Source: Azolla caroliniana (Eukaryota; Plantae; Polypodiophyta). From it: DNA of 64,000 nt. Within the stretch, counting starts at the first letter, position 1; every line of letters begins with the position of its first letter. Where the stretch lies: the NCBI GenBank assembly GCA_043228905.1, contig JBHGNT010000097.1, positions 27,971 to 91,970 on the forward strand, in the 5' to 3' direction. This document shows positions 49,135-61,131 of this stretch, piece by piece. The position numbers were made by a program, and so were the translations under genes. The notes below the pieces were generated by a model. That model did no database searches, was not told the DNA's origin, and saw only the letters and a list, made by a program, of their open reading frames with translations.

Positions 49135-51059
49135 TGCAGAATTGCGTCTTACGGTCACGCGAAATTGACTAGAGAAACAGTCTGAATTACTCCTGTGCGG
49201 TTCCTCCGGGATGAACCGGCGGGCGCGTGAAAAGTGGCGATTTGATTGATTCCCGCCCGAACCAACCGCGATACAATCATGGCCATAGACAACGCCAAGC
49301 AGTTGCAGCTCCTCAACGGTTGAAAGGATACGAAGCGATCAGCTAGCGTTCGTACTTCGAGAATACAAAGCAAAGCCTCGATTACCACAGCTGCAATAAG
49401 CGAAGAGAATACGATACGATCAGCACGAAGCGGGGATTCCCAATCTCAGTGAACATCGGTACCAACTATGCCTACAGCGGCAGCGTAGCAAACCTTTGGG
49501 TTCGGGACTGGTTGCAGCAAGTACCATAGGGACTGATTGCAGCAGGTACCGGACTAGTGCTTCGGGACCGATCTAGGACCACAGGGATTGGATTCCGTAG
49601 GGATAGCTTCATATCCTCCTTGCCGTATAGATATCACCTAGCGAACTCCAGGGACTGATCGAACCCACCGGTACCTACGGGTTATCATTCTCGAAGTTGT
49701 TTTCTCTGCAAGAATAGGCCGCAGCCTATGCTATCTGTACGGCTACTTCTCTGCCGGCCTTTGATCAGAAGCAAGTGAAAGAGACCGGCCATTCTATAAC
49801 CGAAATTCTTTTCTGCTGCACTGGTTCATCGGGCCGCCTCGACTAACGGCAGCATGAAGGCCGTTTATCCGCCAAAAAAGTGGTGCCGTGGCGAAGTCAA
49901 TAAAACAGCGCAATGAGTGAGATTGCCCGTTATCCGCCTCACAGACAGCGGAAAGGCCTTCACCTGCGCTAATAAAACTTAGCAGCAAGCAAGTTCTTCC
50001 GCATCCGCAAGAAGGGGGCAAGCAAGCAAGCAAGCAAGCAAGCAATTTGCGCAGCTAGGTTGGGCGGTTCTCTGTCTGCGTAGAGGGCATAATCCGTGTT
50101 TGGCTATCGACTCAAATTACAAGTGGTGACGGCTAAACTGTACAGTCATGCCGTAAATCACTATCCTTCACCGTTTCCCTGGCTGGAACGAAAGTTTATA
50201 GAAAGAAAGCCAAAATTAATTAATATTGGAGTAGCCATGGTTGATTGCAATGAGAGTGATTATACGCGACCTGGAGTTGAGTTCGAACATGTATGCAATA
50301 AGGTGCTAAAGTACTTGGTTGGCTTGAAGATAAGTATATCGTAGAACTTGTTAACAATCCATTGGGCTACTTTAGAGAAAGTGAATTTATTTAGGAGGAG
50401 GCGAAGGACGCACGAAAGGAGGTAGACTTTTGGTGTTACTTTAGGGAAAGCCCATCAGTTCGGTTCCTAATAAACATTCACTCGTTACGGGATTCCGGGC
50501 GTCAAGGTGTGGATTTTACTTCATTAAAAGGAAACCGACCATTCTTTCTCATGAGAACCCATATATCATCCAGGGCGAAAGTCTTATGTAGTGTCTTGCT
50601 AAAATACCTTGGCGTTGTGAAGGATTTTTTTCTTTACAATCACTAGTTTAATAGGAAATAACTTTATTCTTTTTCTTTTCTAAGCTGTTTTTGTTACGAA
50701 CCAATCTGTTGCTTACTGCCTGCGCGGATACGGGCCTTCGAGCAAGCAGTGAACGCAGCACCAGTCAATTCCTCGCCGCCGGCTTCACCCGGATGAACCG
50801 CTTTCAGGCACGACTTACGGGCAGAGAGTTTCTACACCATCCTCTAGGGCCCATATCCGCTCGCGAGGACCGACCTGGAAAATCAGTACAAGTTCTTCAA
50901 AGATATTTTAGCAAGGGACAAACTAAATCCTCAGGTCGGGTGGGATGGCACTACTGGCAAATACTGTCTGGCAAAGACGCAGGCGCGAAGCGTGGTAGGC
51001 CCGCTAGCGTTTTTTTTGCTTGCCGAAAGCATACAAGAAAAGCCGGGACGGGAACCGAC

Positions 51060-51564
51060 GAAACTACAGAAACGTAACCAAGCAAGCGGTCGAGCCGGGA
51101 GGGCCGGGTCATTTGACGGGAATGAGGAGGCCGATTTCTTCTGTTCAAGCTGCCTGCTGGAGAAAGGAGTGAGAATGAGGAGCCGGCCTTACCGCCGTGG
51201 CTAGGCCCACGGGTTGGTTCCTCCGGGCCCAAGGCCAGGGCCTTGGCGGGTTTACGGTGCGACGACAGGCGGCGGGCGCTGCCCACAGGGAGGATAATTT
51301 GCTTTCCCCCTCCCTCCAAGGGAAGTATCCTCTTTAACAACCAACAGAGGGACCCTGGAAGAGAGTTACGAAACAAGGGGGCGGGCAGCAATCCAATCGT
51401 ACGCGCATAAGCTACCAAACGAGATACGTTTCACCAGCGAATGAACGCTGGGCCGCTGAACCCCACCTGACCTATAAAAAATGGCGCGAGCCGTATGCGG
51501 GGAGACTTGCACGTACGGTTCCGTTGGGGGGATCCGGCCAGCGAGGGACCGACGCCTACCCAAC
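51060..51564 (+). other. 3' part of group II intron nad7i140g2 (5' end and exon 1 not adjacent)
   Basis: Domain V gagccgtatgcggggagacttgcacgtacggttc at about 51488; ends cccAAC before nad7 exon 2. Confidence 0.85.
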
Positions 51565-51633
51565 TAGGGGCACGGAAAAATTAATCGAGTATAAAACGTA
51601 TTTCTAAGCTTTACCTCATTCTGATCGTTTGGA
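51565..51633 (+). CDS. nad7: NADH dehydrogenase subunit 7, exon 2 (69 nt)
   Basis: T AGG GGC ACG GAA AAA TTA ATC GAG TAT AAA...= RGTEKLIEYKTY.(Q)ALP..DRL. Confidence 0.93.
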
Positions 51634-52792
51634 GGGCGACCGTGAAAAGTCACCGAATGAAGTCCTCCTGTGGGCACTGCAAAAACCCACGGCAGAGCGG
51701 ATATTACTAATCGACGTATAGGATATGACGACGGCAACAGCATGTCATAAAAGGAGATAACCGGGAATAGCCAACTCTTAGCGTATCTCCAACTACACTC
51801 TTGAGTGGCAGTTGAACGGGGAGTATCGTGAATGCGAGATGCCAGCGGAACGATCAGCCGGACGTGTTGGGCAGCGCCGGGCTTTCTCCCTACCGCGTCT
51901 CTCCCTGTGTGTTGAGGATCCAAAGCGAGTGCACCGGGGATAAGGGAAACTGGGATTCAATATGGGCATAGCAAACATCTGAAGCGTAACCACACACTCA
52001 CACGACCTTTGCCGCTTCACCCGGATGAACCGCTAGAGAAATAGGAGCATTCGGTGAAACCGGTGAACCGCACTTCCGGATAGATGTGTGGGACAGAGGG
52101 CTCATAGTACCTGCCTACCTTCTGCTTCGGGAACCGTGTAAGCATAGGGTGCTGCTAGTGTCGCAGAAGGGAAGGGAAGGGAAGGGAAGGGAAGGGAAGG
52201 GAAGGGAAGGGGCCTAAATTGGCGGACAGACCGACGCCGCACACTTGAGCAGCGCCGGGGGAAGCGGCCGAAGAAGCGGTTTTCATCATCCGGCAGAGTT
52301 TGTGCCAGTCGGAACGGGAATTGGCCAGTCAACCCCACACCCTTCGAAGATGTTGCCAGAATGACTTCCAGGGTCCTTCCGTCCTGGCCAGAGCACGGCT
52401 CAGCGCCTTCATGATGAACCGGATGAAAAAGGGGTTGGCGGGTTTGATGAACCGCTTTATCTCCCTCCCAATTCTGCTGTTTGCGAGGTAAAGAAGCGCT
52501 TGCCGCGCCCCGCACTCTCCCCAGCCCTTCGGGCCTTCGACCCACGTTCGCTGCTTTTTTGTTGACTTCACAAACGAAGGCTCTAGTCCTGATGTCATCT
52601 AAATGCTCATGGGCAGGAGTTCTTTGGCGAGGCGGAAACTAAACCATGATAACGCTTCGGGTAACTCAAGTTGGAGAGCCGTGTGATGGGTGACCATCCC
52701 GCACGGTTCAGAGAGCACTTGTGTATGTGATGCGAGTGAACGTGTGCAACACAGCAGCAGCACAGCTGGCATCGAGTAACTTTCAACCCTAT
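51634..52792 (+). other. Group II intron nad7i209g2
   Basis: 5' GGGCG; domain V at about 52674-52717; ends cctAT. Confidence 0.9.
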
Positions 52793-53259
52793 CTACGTTC
52801 CCATGATGGCCTAAGAACACGCTTATCCTTCAGCTGTAGAGAGACCTTGCAATTGTGAGGTACCGTTATGAGCTTAATATATATGAGTGTTATTTTGTGA
52901 AACAACTTGAATCCCAAATTATTTACCTGCTTTAACTATTTATGTCATGGACGTGGGAGCATCAACTCTGTCTCCGTGGGCTTCTGAAGAGCGAGAAAAA
53001 CTTTTGGAATCCTATGAAAGGGTCTCGGGAGCTAGGATGTACGCTAGTTATATATGACTAGGTGGAGTGGCATAAGATCTGCCTCTGGGCTTGAGTGGAG
53101 ACACTTTTTCATTCACATAGTAATTTGCTTCTCGTATTGACGAATCGGAGGAAACGCCGACCAACAACCGTATCTGGAAATAATGATTAGTGGATATCGG
53201 TACCGTCACTGCATAGTAAGCTTTGGATCGGGGATTCAGTGGTGTAATGTTAAGAGGTT
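52793..53259 (+). CDS. nad7: NADH dehydrogenase subunit 7, exon 3 (467 nt)
   Basis: YV.MMA(Q)EHAY..AVER...MDVGA.T...[19 protein letters not shown]...NNRIWK(QR)LVDIG...GFSGVMLRG. Confidence 0.94.
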
Positions 53260-53942
53260 GTGCGACATGAAGACATCGATAGCAATATGGGGGAGGTTCC
53301 CATCGGGCAACGGTTCTGCCTGACCTTGCTCAAGCACGCTTTGACTGTAAAGACTTGGTGTGAAGCCTTGAGGGCAACGTCCCTCAAGATGGGGGCTGGG
53401 GTGAGCTGAAGAGGGGACAGCGTAAGCAAATGTGTATAAGCCTAGTAAAGCATGACCGAGGCAAGGCTAGGGCCATCTTCGACTGGTTAGTCTGACGGAC
53501 CGTGAACGGATTCGCCTTTGGCCTCTGGGCACGTCGAAACCGCATGGGTTCACCGGGGTAGAGCACAGTCCGCCGAAATCGGCATAGGTTAGATGCCATT
53601 GATGGAACATGGTAAGCCCATATTCATCTGTGCGTCCGTAAGGGCTAGGCATGTAACGAGGTATGGGTGGAGAAAGACCCGAAAAGCAAGGGCCGAGCCT
53701 GCTTAGATAAGAGTACGTGACCTGACTTTTTGAATCAAATTGAATTGAAAGGTGGTAAAGTGGCACAAATCGATTAATTGAGGGAAGCATAAAGGCTTTA
53801 AGCAGCAGCACAGAGGGGCAAAGCAGCGCTCTAAGAAAGATGAACAACCTGCCGCCTTTTTTCATAAGATTGTGACGGTACGGAAGTATGGAGATCTAGA
53901 AAGAAATTGGCGGACTAGTAACTAGTCTTGGCCAACAACCTA

Positions 53943-53973
<31 letters not shown>

Positions 53974-54369
53974 CGATGAAAGCCCTCAACCTACGCGCGC
54001 GTCGGAACTACATCCCTTTTGTTTGTTTGTTTGTTTGTTTGTTTGCTACGGATGTAGCGCGCGTTCTGACTCCACTGGTCACGGTCGCTCTCCGCCCGCC
54101 GCGGGCCACGCGGTAAGTGGCCTGAGGCAAGCAAAAAGATTTTTCTGTTTGTGCTGGCGGAAAATGAGCCAGCCGGATCGCCGCCAATCAATCCAAAATC
54201 TGGTGCTATGGACGCTCACGCATGAACCAGGAATGCCCTTCATCTCCAAGTGCCTGCAGACGCGTTACAGGGGCGGGCCTCTGGGAATGCATTCGAGCCG
54301 TATGAAGGGAAACTTTCACGTACGGCTCAGAGGGGGGGAAAGCCCTAGAAGGGGCCTACCTATCCCAAC
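53260..54369 (+). other. Group II intron nad7i676g2
   Basis: 5' GTGCG; domain V gagccgtatgaagggaaactttcacgtacggctc at about 54295; ends cccAAC. Confidence 0.92.
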
Positions 54370-54875
54370 CGGGAGTATGCTGGGATTTGTGAAAAGCAGC
54401 ACCTCACGATGTTCATGACTAATCGGATTCCGATGTACTAGTGGGTACCAGGGGAGATCGCCACGATCGTTATTGTATTCGCATTGAAGAGACGTGATAA
54501 AGTATTTGAATCATCGTATAACGTCCTAATTAAATGCTCAGCGGCACGATTAAAGCCGATGATCGTAAGCCATGTCCTTCATCATGACCTTAAATGAAAT
54601 AATCTATGGAATCTCCAATTCACCATTTCAAACCTTATACAGAAGGGTTTTCTGTACCAGCTTTTTCTATCTATACTGTAGCTGAAGTACTTAAAGGAGA
54701 ATCTGGTGTGTTCTCAGTCAGTAATGGAACTAATCGTCTTTATTGTTGTAAAATAAGAGCACCTGGCTTCGCCTATTTACAAGGACCTGACTTTACGTTC
54801 AAAAATCACATGCCAGCAGATGTGGCCACCATCATTGGTACTTAAGATACTGTGTCTGGAGAAGTGGATAGATGA
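54370..54875 (+). CDS. nad7: NADH dehydrogenase subunit 7, last exon (no nad7i917g2)
   Basis: GVCWDL(R)KAAP.DV...[11 protein letters not shown]...[17 protein letters not shown]...[11 protein letters not shown]...IIGT(Q)D.V.GEVDR TGA. Confidence 0.94.
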
Positions 54876-55007
54876 AACTACTTAAAGCAGCACGCACAAA
54901 TAGGAAACCCAAAAAATAAGATGCAGGTGAGAAGAGGGATACCCTTGTAGATCTGGGAAATAAAGATGATAAAGAAAGAAAGAATAGGTGCATGCTGGCC
55001 CAAGTAG

Positions 55008-55038
<31 letters not shown>

Positions 55039-55042
55039 CTTC

Positions 55043-55072
55043 GGGATGGGGGCTTGATGAATCCCCCATCCC
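55043..55072 (+). terminator. 10-bp perfect stem-loop between nad7 and trnS
   Basis: GGGATGGGGG cttgatgaat CCCCCATCCC; the inverted copy follows nad9. Confidence 0.55.
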
Positions 55073-55076
55073 AACC

Positions 55077-55164
55077 GGAGGTATGGCTGAGCGGCTTAAG
55101 GCATTGGTTTGCTAAATCAACATACAATCTTCTTGTATCATGGGTTCGAATCCCATTTCCTCCG
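55077..55164 (+). tRNA. trnS: tRNA-Ser(GCU), copy 2
   Basis: ggaggtatggctgagcggcttaaggcattggtttgctaaatcaac...gggttcgaatcccatttcctccg. Confidence 0.93.
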
Positions 55165-55529
55165 AGCGAGTGCGAAGCACGAGCGATGCGACAGTGACGT
55201 GATGGAAGAAACCCATACATTGCTTTTTGGGAATGCGGCAGTGGCCTGCCGGGAGAGACCTAGCCGGTAAGGGAGTGCTAGTTTTTGCTTCTTTTCTTTT
55301 CTTTTCTTGCGCGCTTGCTGCTTTTAAGGTAACATCAATGCTGCTTTAATAACCAGTAGTGCAAGTTCATTTGGACGGACAGCGGGAAATGCGATCAATA
55401 ACACGTGGAGTTGGGTCTGCGGGCAAGCAAACATTCCCCCGCACAAGTAGATTGAATAGGAGTTGGCCGGCTTCTTTTTTTCTAAAATAAATTCCGATTC
55501 GCTAGAGAGAGATCAATTGCTTGCTTGCT

Positions 55530-55603
55530 TGCGGGGTGGAGTAAATGGCCAACTCGTCAGGCTCATGACCTGAAGACTGCGGGTTCAAACCCTGCCCCCG
55601 CAC
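55530..55603 (+). tRNA. trnfM: Initiator tRNA-fMet(CAU), copy 3
   Basis: Identical to 40108-40181. Confidence 0.9.
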
Positions 55604-57171
55604 TACATGTTGTCAACAGTAAAAAAGCAAATGAAGATTATTGTATAATAATCCATGCTTAAGAATGGGAAACTAACGTGACTATTCATATTGTCAATTC
55701 GTTATCATTCGTGTTGTCAATGAGACGGTGACATTCCAATGAAGCGGTTTTCATCATCATGAAGGCCTTCATGCATGCATGAAGAACCTGTTTGGTTTGA
55801 TGAACATGCCGGTTCATCATGCTTGCTGTTTAAAATACTCGTTAGGTGGTTCCGCTTTTCTTTTGGGGAAGGCGTGCGTTTCAGGCTTGCAGGGAAAAGT
55901 GCCATTTCCGAGTTCAAAGATTGCTGCTTTAAAGTGGAAAGAAAAGTGCAAAGCATCTTCTTGCCAGTGATTCATCAAGATTGCCGCCGGCTCGGTTTAA
56001 AGTGAAAAGAAAAGTGCTGCTTTGCTTTGCTTTGCTGGATTCGCAGATTATGGCCAGAAGATGATATTGCCTTCTTGCATGATCCTTCTGAATTTTACCA
56101 ACGGAATTTCGAAATTCCAGCATTCAATTCTTTCCGCAATCTGAGCCGCATTAAAGATTATCGTATAATAATCCATGAATATTCAGGCCTTCTTGAAAGT
56201 TCAAAAGAAGAACTTTGGTAGCCATTTATATTACACTTTTTACCGCTTCTTCTTCTTCCGCAGTGCAGTTTTCTTGCGCTTCATGAAGAAAAGGTGCTGT
56301 TTGAAATTGTAGCTTGAATCTTATCGGAAAACTAACTCTAGGCCTTCTTGATGAACAGCTATGGATAATACGGCGGAAGTTGCTTGCGGGGAAGAACCAA
56401 GGTGGTGGATGAACCCGCTGCTTCATCAGCGCGATGAAGACGATTAACGCTACTTATCGGCTACGGTAAAGTCAGACGGCCCGATGGGGGAGTTGGTAGC
56501 AGAAGCTAGACAATTGCTAGCGGCCCAACAAGAAAAGAAAAGAAGCGGATTGACGTGGCCGCAGTCATTCGACCTCCCCATGCTATCTGAGTGGATGCAC
56601 CTCACCCTTCCACTGGCTATGCGGGGACTGGACCAATGTGATCTCGCCTTGACGTTGGCGGTCCGGCTTATGGAGAAGAGACCAACTGTGGTGTGGCCTT
56701 CTCCAACCAAGAGTCACACCAAAATGAAAATATTGCACTTGTGCCCGTTAGTTGACCGCGTTTCCAGCTAACGTTCCTTGTCATTGCGAACGACACCCTA
56801 TTCATTCATTCATTCATTCGTTCGATCGGGGAATAAATCGCCCGCCCTTCATGCTGAATCCGCGTGTCTGCGTGTGGAAATCGCAGCGGCCTAATCGTTC
56901 GTACGGTTCTTCGAGGAAGAAATAAATCTATCCCTGCATCCCAACTACGAATAAGAATCAATCAGAGTTCTTTCGATTTTCTTTACGGAAACGCGGAAAG
57001 CCAGCCCATCGCCGCTTTGTTTGCGGTCGACGAGACAAAGCGAAGGCCTTCATTGCATTGCATTGCATTGCATTGCTGCGACTTGTTGAAGAACCAACCT
57101 TTAACTCCCATGCATATGGAGGAGAGAGAAAAAGGGAAAAAACCGAACAGACTTAGAAGTCGTTGAAAGGA

Positions 57172-57327
57172 ATATTTGAGCATGATTCTTTCGCGCTTCT
57201 TCTAGAGATCTTTCCTGTTAACGCAACTATTATTTTGCCCATTCATGGAGTTTTGTTTAGTACTTTCAAATAATATGATTATCTACTGCTAGTATGTAAC
57301 GTGGGTTGGCTCGGTTTACCTAGTGTT
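57172..57327 (+). CDS. nad2: NADH dehydrogenase subunit 2, exon 1 (156 nt; start position is ATA)
   Basis: ATA TTT GAG CAT GAT...= (M)FEHD.FAL..EIF..NATIIL.I.GV.FST.K(Q)YDY...NVGWLGL.SV; exactly 156 nt to the intron. Confidence 0.9.
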
Positions 57328-58815
57328 ATGTGCCTAGGAAGGCACGTTCTGGGATGCGGGGGTTGAAAGCCATCGCTCGGATGGACTCCCTAACTGGCAG
57401 GGATCGGACTGCTGCCAAAAACCATAGCATGGGGACTATCCGCTCGCCGCAGGGCTAGTCGTACGCAACAGGAGCAAGGTAACTCCCCCAGTTTGTAGAA
57501 TGTTCCGGGAGGCACTTGAGTCCGAACGCTATTATTCATGTGCGACCAACCCTCCGAGAGTAACTGTAATAAGCAGGTTCTGTGTACGCAGTACCAAACG
57601 GCGAGTCAACTACCAGACGCGCAACCTAGGGATCACCCGAATGGACTCTATAAAGATTGACTTCAATATAAGTAGAGCATAGCCGCCCAATCCTTAAAGA
57701 TCGAGGCTTTGCTGGCCCGTACGGGTGAAAGATCCTGTCGTAATGTACTCCGGAAATTACACCAGGCAACCCAAGTCGAGCATGCGACAATGCCCCCATG
57801 AAGAGCTCCGAGGAAAGGGAGGTAGATGATAGTGTGATATTCTGTAAACGGACACGCAGAAGCGTCCCCGACAGGTGTACTACACCTAGCGAAAAAGAAA
57901 GAAATCGTACGTGGTGGGATAAGCGAATTAGGAGAATGCAGTTGACAGACTGGGAAATTTCCCGACCGAATCTCATATGAGACAACTGGAGTAAGCTGCT
58001 TGCTGCTTTGGGGCTGGCTACTTCTACAGCCGAGGAACCGGCGGACGATGGAACCTTAGCAAATGGAATGGGCGAAATGGAGATACCTACTCCTGTGAGT
58101 CATAGAGAATATACGCTCCGGAACTTGCTCTCCGACCTATACAGTGGTGGTAAGTAGGTCACTCTTGTAGTCAGACTAGCAAGTCGAGCCGCTCGCAAAC
58201 AAAACTTCTCCAGCCAAGCCAAGCCAAGCCAAGCCAAGCCAAGCCAGGATTGTCCTAAACGTAAGCCCTGGACACACAACAATAGACATTCTATACTTCC
58301 CCCAACAAGCAAGAAAGAAGTGGATAGCTACGCTTGACTCGCTGAGCAAGATGCATTGCGACTGGATTCCCCCCTGACGAGCCTCACTATAAGTCCTAGA
58401 GTAGTGCGGTATGGTAAAGCAACACGGCTAGCCTTCCAGAGACCCGAACTCGCTGAAAGCCAAATGGAGCCAGCGGGACTTCCGTAGTCAAATAATCGTC
58501 CGGGAATCTTTGGTTCAAAATACGGACCTTCGGCCTTCTTTCGTAGAGTGAAGGGCGTGGGTGAAACTTTTGCTGAATGAAGGACACAAGCAAGGTCGGT
58601 TGGTAATTTTGAAGCGAACTCGCGTCTAGACATAGTAAATAGAACTTGAATTCAGGCAACTAAGCCACGTACTCTGAACACATAAACCAGTGTTCGATTT
58701 GAAAGGTTCGCTTGTTCCCGTAAATCTCCAGCAGAAGTCATCACAAACGAGCCACATGCGGGGAAACTTGCACGTGTGGTTCTGACCAGAGAGGGAAGAC
58801 CTACCCCATCGGTTT
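57328..58815 (+). other. Group II intron nad2i156g2
   Basis: Domain V gagccacatgcggggaaacttgcacgtgtggttc at about 58749; borders set by exon homology (ATGTG...GGTTT, non-canonical). Confidence 0.85.
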
Positions 58816-59201
58816 CTAATAACCATCGTACCGGTCGCCGCTGGCGCACCCATAACGTTTGCTAATCTACCATATAATAATGGTATGAAAGACAATTCGA
58901 CATATTTTCGCGAAATATTGCCACTATTAAGTACGGCTAGTACTATTGTTACGTGTTTGGATTATTTTAAACGGGAGAGGTTGAATGCTTCTGAATCCAT
59001 TGTATTAACTTTACCTTCCACTCGCAGTATGCCTTTCATGGTCTTGGCCTGCGATTCAATTGCCATGTATTTAGCTATCGAGCCTTAAAGTTCATGTTTT
59101 CATGTGATCGCAGCCTTGAAGAGAGACTCTGAATTTTTCATGGAAGCCGGCCTAAAATATTCTATTTCAGGTGCATTCTCCTCCGGAATATTATTGTTTG
59201 G
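58816..59201 (+). CDS. nad2: NADH dehydrogenase subunit 2, exon 2 (386 nt)
   Basis: LIT...AAGAP...DN.TYF..I..LLSTA...IAMYLAIE.(Q)S.CF.VIAA.KRDSEF..EAGLKY...[11 protein letters not shown]. Confidence 0.93.
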
Positions 59202-60964
59202 GTACGACTGGCCAACTACCGATATAGGCAGCGATGGCGACGAGCTATGCCTTAATTTCCGATGTGCGACATCTCACTGGTTGGGATAGAGATTCTCCTG
59301 GTCTCATTCCATGGCGGCGGAAAGAGTCCTCGGCGTAAAGTTAAGATTAGAAGAAGTAGAGCGAAAGAAATATACTTGGAGGAGGGTCCCGAGAGAGAGT
59401 GTAACCCAGCAAGGACAACGGGAGGGTGCGAAGAAGCCCAATACTTCAACTAAAGGAGCGACCTTAGTTGGTTCACTAAACCCCAACCCAGCGCTACATG
59501 TTCTCCTGGGTCCCGCCGAGGATCCCTCAAGTGCCCTTGTCCCGACTTCTCCCGGGATAGGCGTTATCGAAGACAAGCCAGGAATGGCCGAAGTAAGTGG
59601 ACACCCACCTTACCGGTTAGAGAGGCCCTCTTTAAGACATTCACCAAAATGTTCACAGGGGCTAGGAACACTCGATCGTAGGAACTTCCGTACACCACTT
59701 ACGGATCGCTCCGGGGTACGCAACAACCTTGACCAAATCTACCAAACGAATCAGGCCTTCGGCCCCGATCACGTGCACTATCAGCTTTATCCAATACATG
59801 GTCTTGGATAAAGATTTGCTGTTTACTGCTTACGGAAACATCCGATGATCACACCCCACCCCTGCCACGGGAAATTATTCAGAACTTCAATCTTCCGAGA
59901 AGAGAGAGAAAGATTCGTAAAACTTTTCAGTCAAACAAGATATTCGATCCACTTATATAGATATATCTATGTACATATGAATATGTACGTATTCTTTGCT
60001 CTCTATTTTGTAGAACCTTCGTTCTTCAAACCAACCTTGCGGCGGGCCGGGCCGGGCCGGGCCGGGCCGGGCCGGGCCGGCGGCGTTCTCCTATTAAATC
60101 ATTCCCACGATACGGGCAATATGATACTGGCATTATCAATGTGTTAAGCGAGGAAAAACTGAAGATGGATTGGCTCTCAGCCAGCCAGCAGCAGAGTTAC
60201 AGAGAGCGCCGCCCGCGCGCGGACCTTCTGATGGCCTACCTCGCCCCTAGACGAAAGGGCAACCATCTACACCTGAAATACTGTCGACAGTATTTGCTTG
60301 CGGCGGAACAACAAAAAAGAGTGCAGTCTCCCGCTTAACCGGAATTTGATAAGGTTTCGCAAGACACTTCAACATATACCTGACGTTAGCAAGGGGGAAC
60401 CAAGGTTTCTGCCTCGGTTCCCCCGGCAGGCAGGCATTCTCGGAACGCCCGCATGATGAAAACCGCGCCGATGAAGCCGCTTAATGAACGATGCCCGGAT
60501 GAAGCGGTGGGTGCGCAGGACCAGTGGAAATCCATCGTGTCCGCAGCGAAGGCGCCGCAGAGCGACCCGATTATTAGATACTTATAGGTTATAAACCGTA
60601 AGCCTTCAGCCTTATGCAAATACCATCATGAACAAGTGGTCCTTAGAACAAGGTGAGAATGGGGGGAGAGCTACTAGAGGCGTTCCTTCTGCCGGCCTTC
60701 CCTTCAGTTGAGTGGCTGAAGCCCCGCCCCTGGCTGGTAAGCGCTATGCGCCATTCCTTTAACGTAATGAACGTTGAGGGCGCGCGCGCCCCCGATGCGA
60801 TGCCCGCAGTTTTATTTCCAAAATGAAGATCGAGGTGGAAGGCCTCATAATGAGATAGGTTCAATAGTGTCCGTGCAAGCCGTATGCAGTGAAAGTCGCA
60901 CGTACGGTTACGAGGGGGTTCGCGTCTATACGTGGAGTGTGGATGGGAGCCTATGTCGCCCTAT
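59202..60964 (+). other. Group II intron nad2i542g2 (cis here)
   Basis: 5' GTACG; domain V aagccgtatgcagtgaaagtcgcacgtacggtt at about 60877; ends cctAT. Confidence 0.9.
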
Positions 60965-61131
60965 TTGTTCTATGATCTATGGGTCTACTGGAATCACTAA
61001 CTTTGAAGAATCAGCCAAGACTTTCACTGGATATGAAATCACTTTGCTCAGTGCTCAATCTAGTGGTATCTTTATGGGGATCCCATTCATTGCTGTAGGT
61101 TTCTTATCCAAGATTACTGCAGTTTCTTTTC
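60965..61131 (+). CDS. nad2: NADH dehydrogenase subunit 2, exon 3 (167 nt)
   Basis: CSMIYGSTG.TNFEE.AK.FTGYEIT...SSGIFMGI.FIAVGFL.KITAV.F. Confidence 0.93.

Larger units (their letters stand above)
48085..51059 (+). repeat. About 3.0-kb direct repeat, copy 2
   Basis: Matches 11373-14352. Confidence 0.95.
54968..57193 (+). repeat. Longest member of the repeat family (trnS-trnfM-nad2 leader); overlaps the copies at 19171, 31246 and 40047
   Basis: Union of the inverted match to 31246-32760 and the direct match to 40047-41771. Confidence 0.93.

Noticed and set aside
58300-58740. Maturase in nad2i156g2 or other introns
   Set aside because: No RT or X-domain ORF; at most a KYG-like word.
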